From NCBI GenBank assembly GCA_964106915.2, contig OZ066916.1: a stretch of 64,000 nucleotides of DNA; one strand, 5' to 3'. This document shows, one piece after another, positions 62,942-64,000 of this stretch; position 1 is the stretch's first letter, and each line of letters starts with the position of its first letter. Source of the stretch: Podarcis gaigeae (Eukaryota). A program made the position numbers and the translations under genes. Under the pieces are notes generated by a model. The model saw only the letters and a program-made list of their open reading frames with translations. It ran no database searches and had not been told where the DNA came from.

Positions 62942-63036
62942 GTAAGATATTAATTCTTTTCTGAAAGGTGCTAGATACAGAAATCATTCTGCTGAGGTGC
63001 AGATTAGCATCTTACACATTTCTGATAAAGCACATA

Positions 63037-63504
63037 CAGTCAAACCTCGGATCCCAAATGCCTCCGTTTTGGAACATTTCGCCTCCCGAACACAAAAACC
63101 CAGAAGTAAATGCTCTGGTTTTCAAATGTACAGTGGTACCTCGGGTTAAGAACTTAATTCGTTCTGGAAGTCTGTTCTCAACCTGAAACTGTTCTTAACC
63201 TGAGGTAACACTTTAGCTAATGGGGCCTCCCGCTGCCGCCGTGCCACCGCTGCACAATTTCTGTTCTCAGCCTGAAGCAAAGTTCTTAACCCGAGGTACT
63301 ATTTCTGGGTTATCGGAGTCTGTAACCTGAAGCATCTGTAACCTGAGGTACCACTGTATTTCGGAAGCCAAATGTCCAACTCAGCTTCTGCTTGAGTGCA
63401 GGAAGCTCCTGCAACCAATCGGAAGCCATGCCTCGGTTGTCGAACATTTCAGAAGCCGAATGGGCTTCCAGAATGGATTACGTTCGACAACCAAGGTTTG
63501 ACTA
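63037..63504. mobile_element. Tc1/mariner MITE (host) interrupted by a family A MITE
   Basis: TA|cagtcaaacctcgg ... ccaaggtttgacta|TA. Confidence 0.85.
63131..63356. mobile_element. Tc1/mariner MITE, family A, nested and inverted relative to the 5326 copy
   Basis: TA|cagtggtacctc ... gaggtaccactg|TA. Confidence 0.9.
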
Positions 63505-63739
63505 TATTAGATGCCGATACTTTATGGCATATATACATGTAATATTTTTTGGTTTTTACAAACCACTTAGACTGTTTTGGTATTGTGGTATATAAATATA
63601 TGAAATAATAACTTCCATTGGCACAATTACCACATCCTTCTCACAACTGCATCCCCTCCCATGCACTCATCTTTTGAGAATCTGGATGTTCCTGTGCATT
63701 GACAGTAGATTTAATTAGGAAGGCTAACATTTGCCCTAA

Positions 63740-64000
63740 GGGACGCGGGTGGCGCTGTGGTCTAAACCACTGAGCCTAGGGTTTGTCGATCGGAAGGTTG
63801 GTGGTTCGAATCTCCGTGACGGGGTGAGCTCCTGTTGTTCAATCCCAGCTCCTGCCAATCTAGCAGTTCGAAAGCATGCCAAAAAATGCAAGTAGTTAAA
63901 TAGGTACCGCTCCGGTGGGAAGGTAAACGGCGTTTCTGTGCGCTGCTCTGGTTTCGCCAGAAGTGACTTAGTCATGCTGGCCACATGACCCGGAAAAACT
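63740..64000 (+). mobile_element. Sauria SINE (Squam1), cut by the window end
   Basis: gggacgcgggtggcgctgtggtctaaaccactgagc...ggttcgaatctcc...agcagttcgaaagca...aaataggtaccgctccgg. Confidence 0.9.

Noticed and set aside
63740-63830. tRNA-like sequences (also at 518, 14050, 48011, 56090)
   Set aside because: These are SINE heads followed by SINE bodies, not complete cloverleaf tRNA genes.
1-64000. Prokaryote-type systems (CRISPR, operons, defence islands) or intact transposase/RT genes
   Set aside because: The sequence is vertebrate intron-exon DNA; all mobile elements seen are short non-autonomous or truncated copies.

Overview
Eukaryotic genomic DNA from a squamate reptile, most likely a lacertid lizard, judged from a Sauria-type SINE and the lizard MITE, L2 and CR1 complement. 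It holds two spliced protein-coding genes on the + strand in the same order as human 6q25. (1) TULP4 coding exons 2-14 span 10342-35585 (4533 nt, 1510 aa plus stop, one open frame across GT-AG introns; exon 1 lies upstream of the window), followed by a ~5.9 kb 3'UTR ending near 41470. (2) TMEM181 has two CpG-island first exons, a candidate third N-terminal exon and exons 2-13, and continues past the window end. Introns carry SINEs, CR1/L2 fragments, Tc1/mariner and hAT MITEs and Penelope-like remnants. The most notable observation is that the TULP4 tubby domain appears complete but split into three pieces by ~96-aa and ~865-aa insertions, has lost the canonical PIP2-binding K/R pair, and carries four PPxY motifs in the large insert. 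Other leads: a frame-preserving 108-nt hidden TMEM181 exon encoding MGGSKPK..., a recursive-splice-like site at TULP4 exon 3, a hAT element with promoter-like cargo between the genes, and a Penelope hairpin fused at a hammerhead-ribozyme-like stem. Nearly all other ORFs in the supplied track are spurious. Family assignments and comparisons to human/mouse proteins are from recall, not from database searches.
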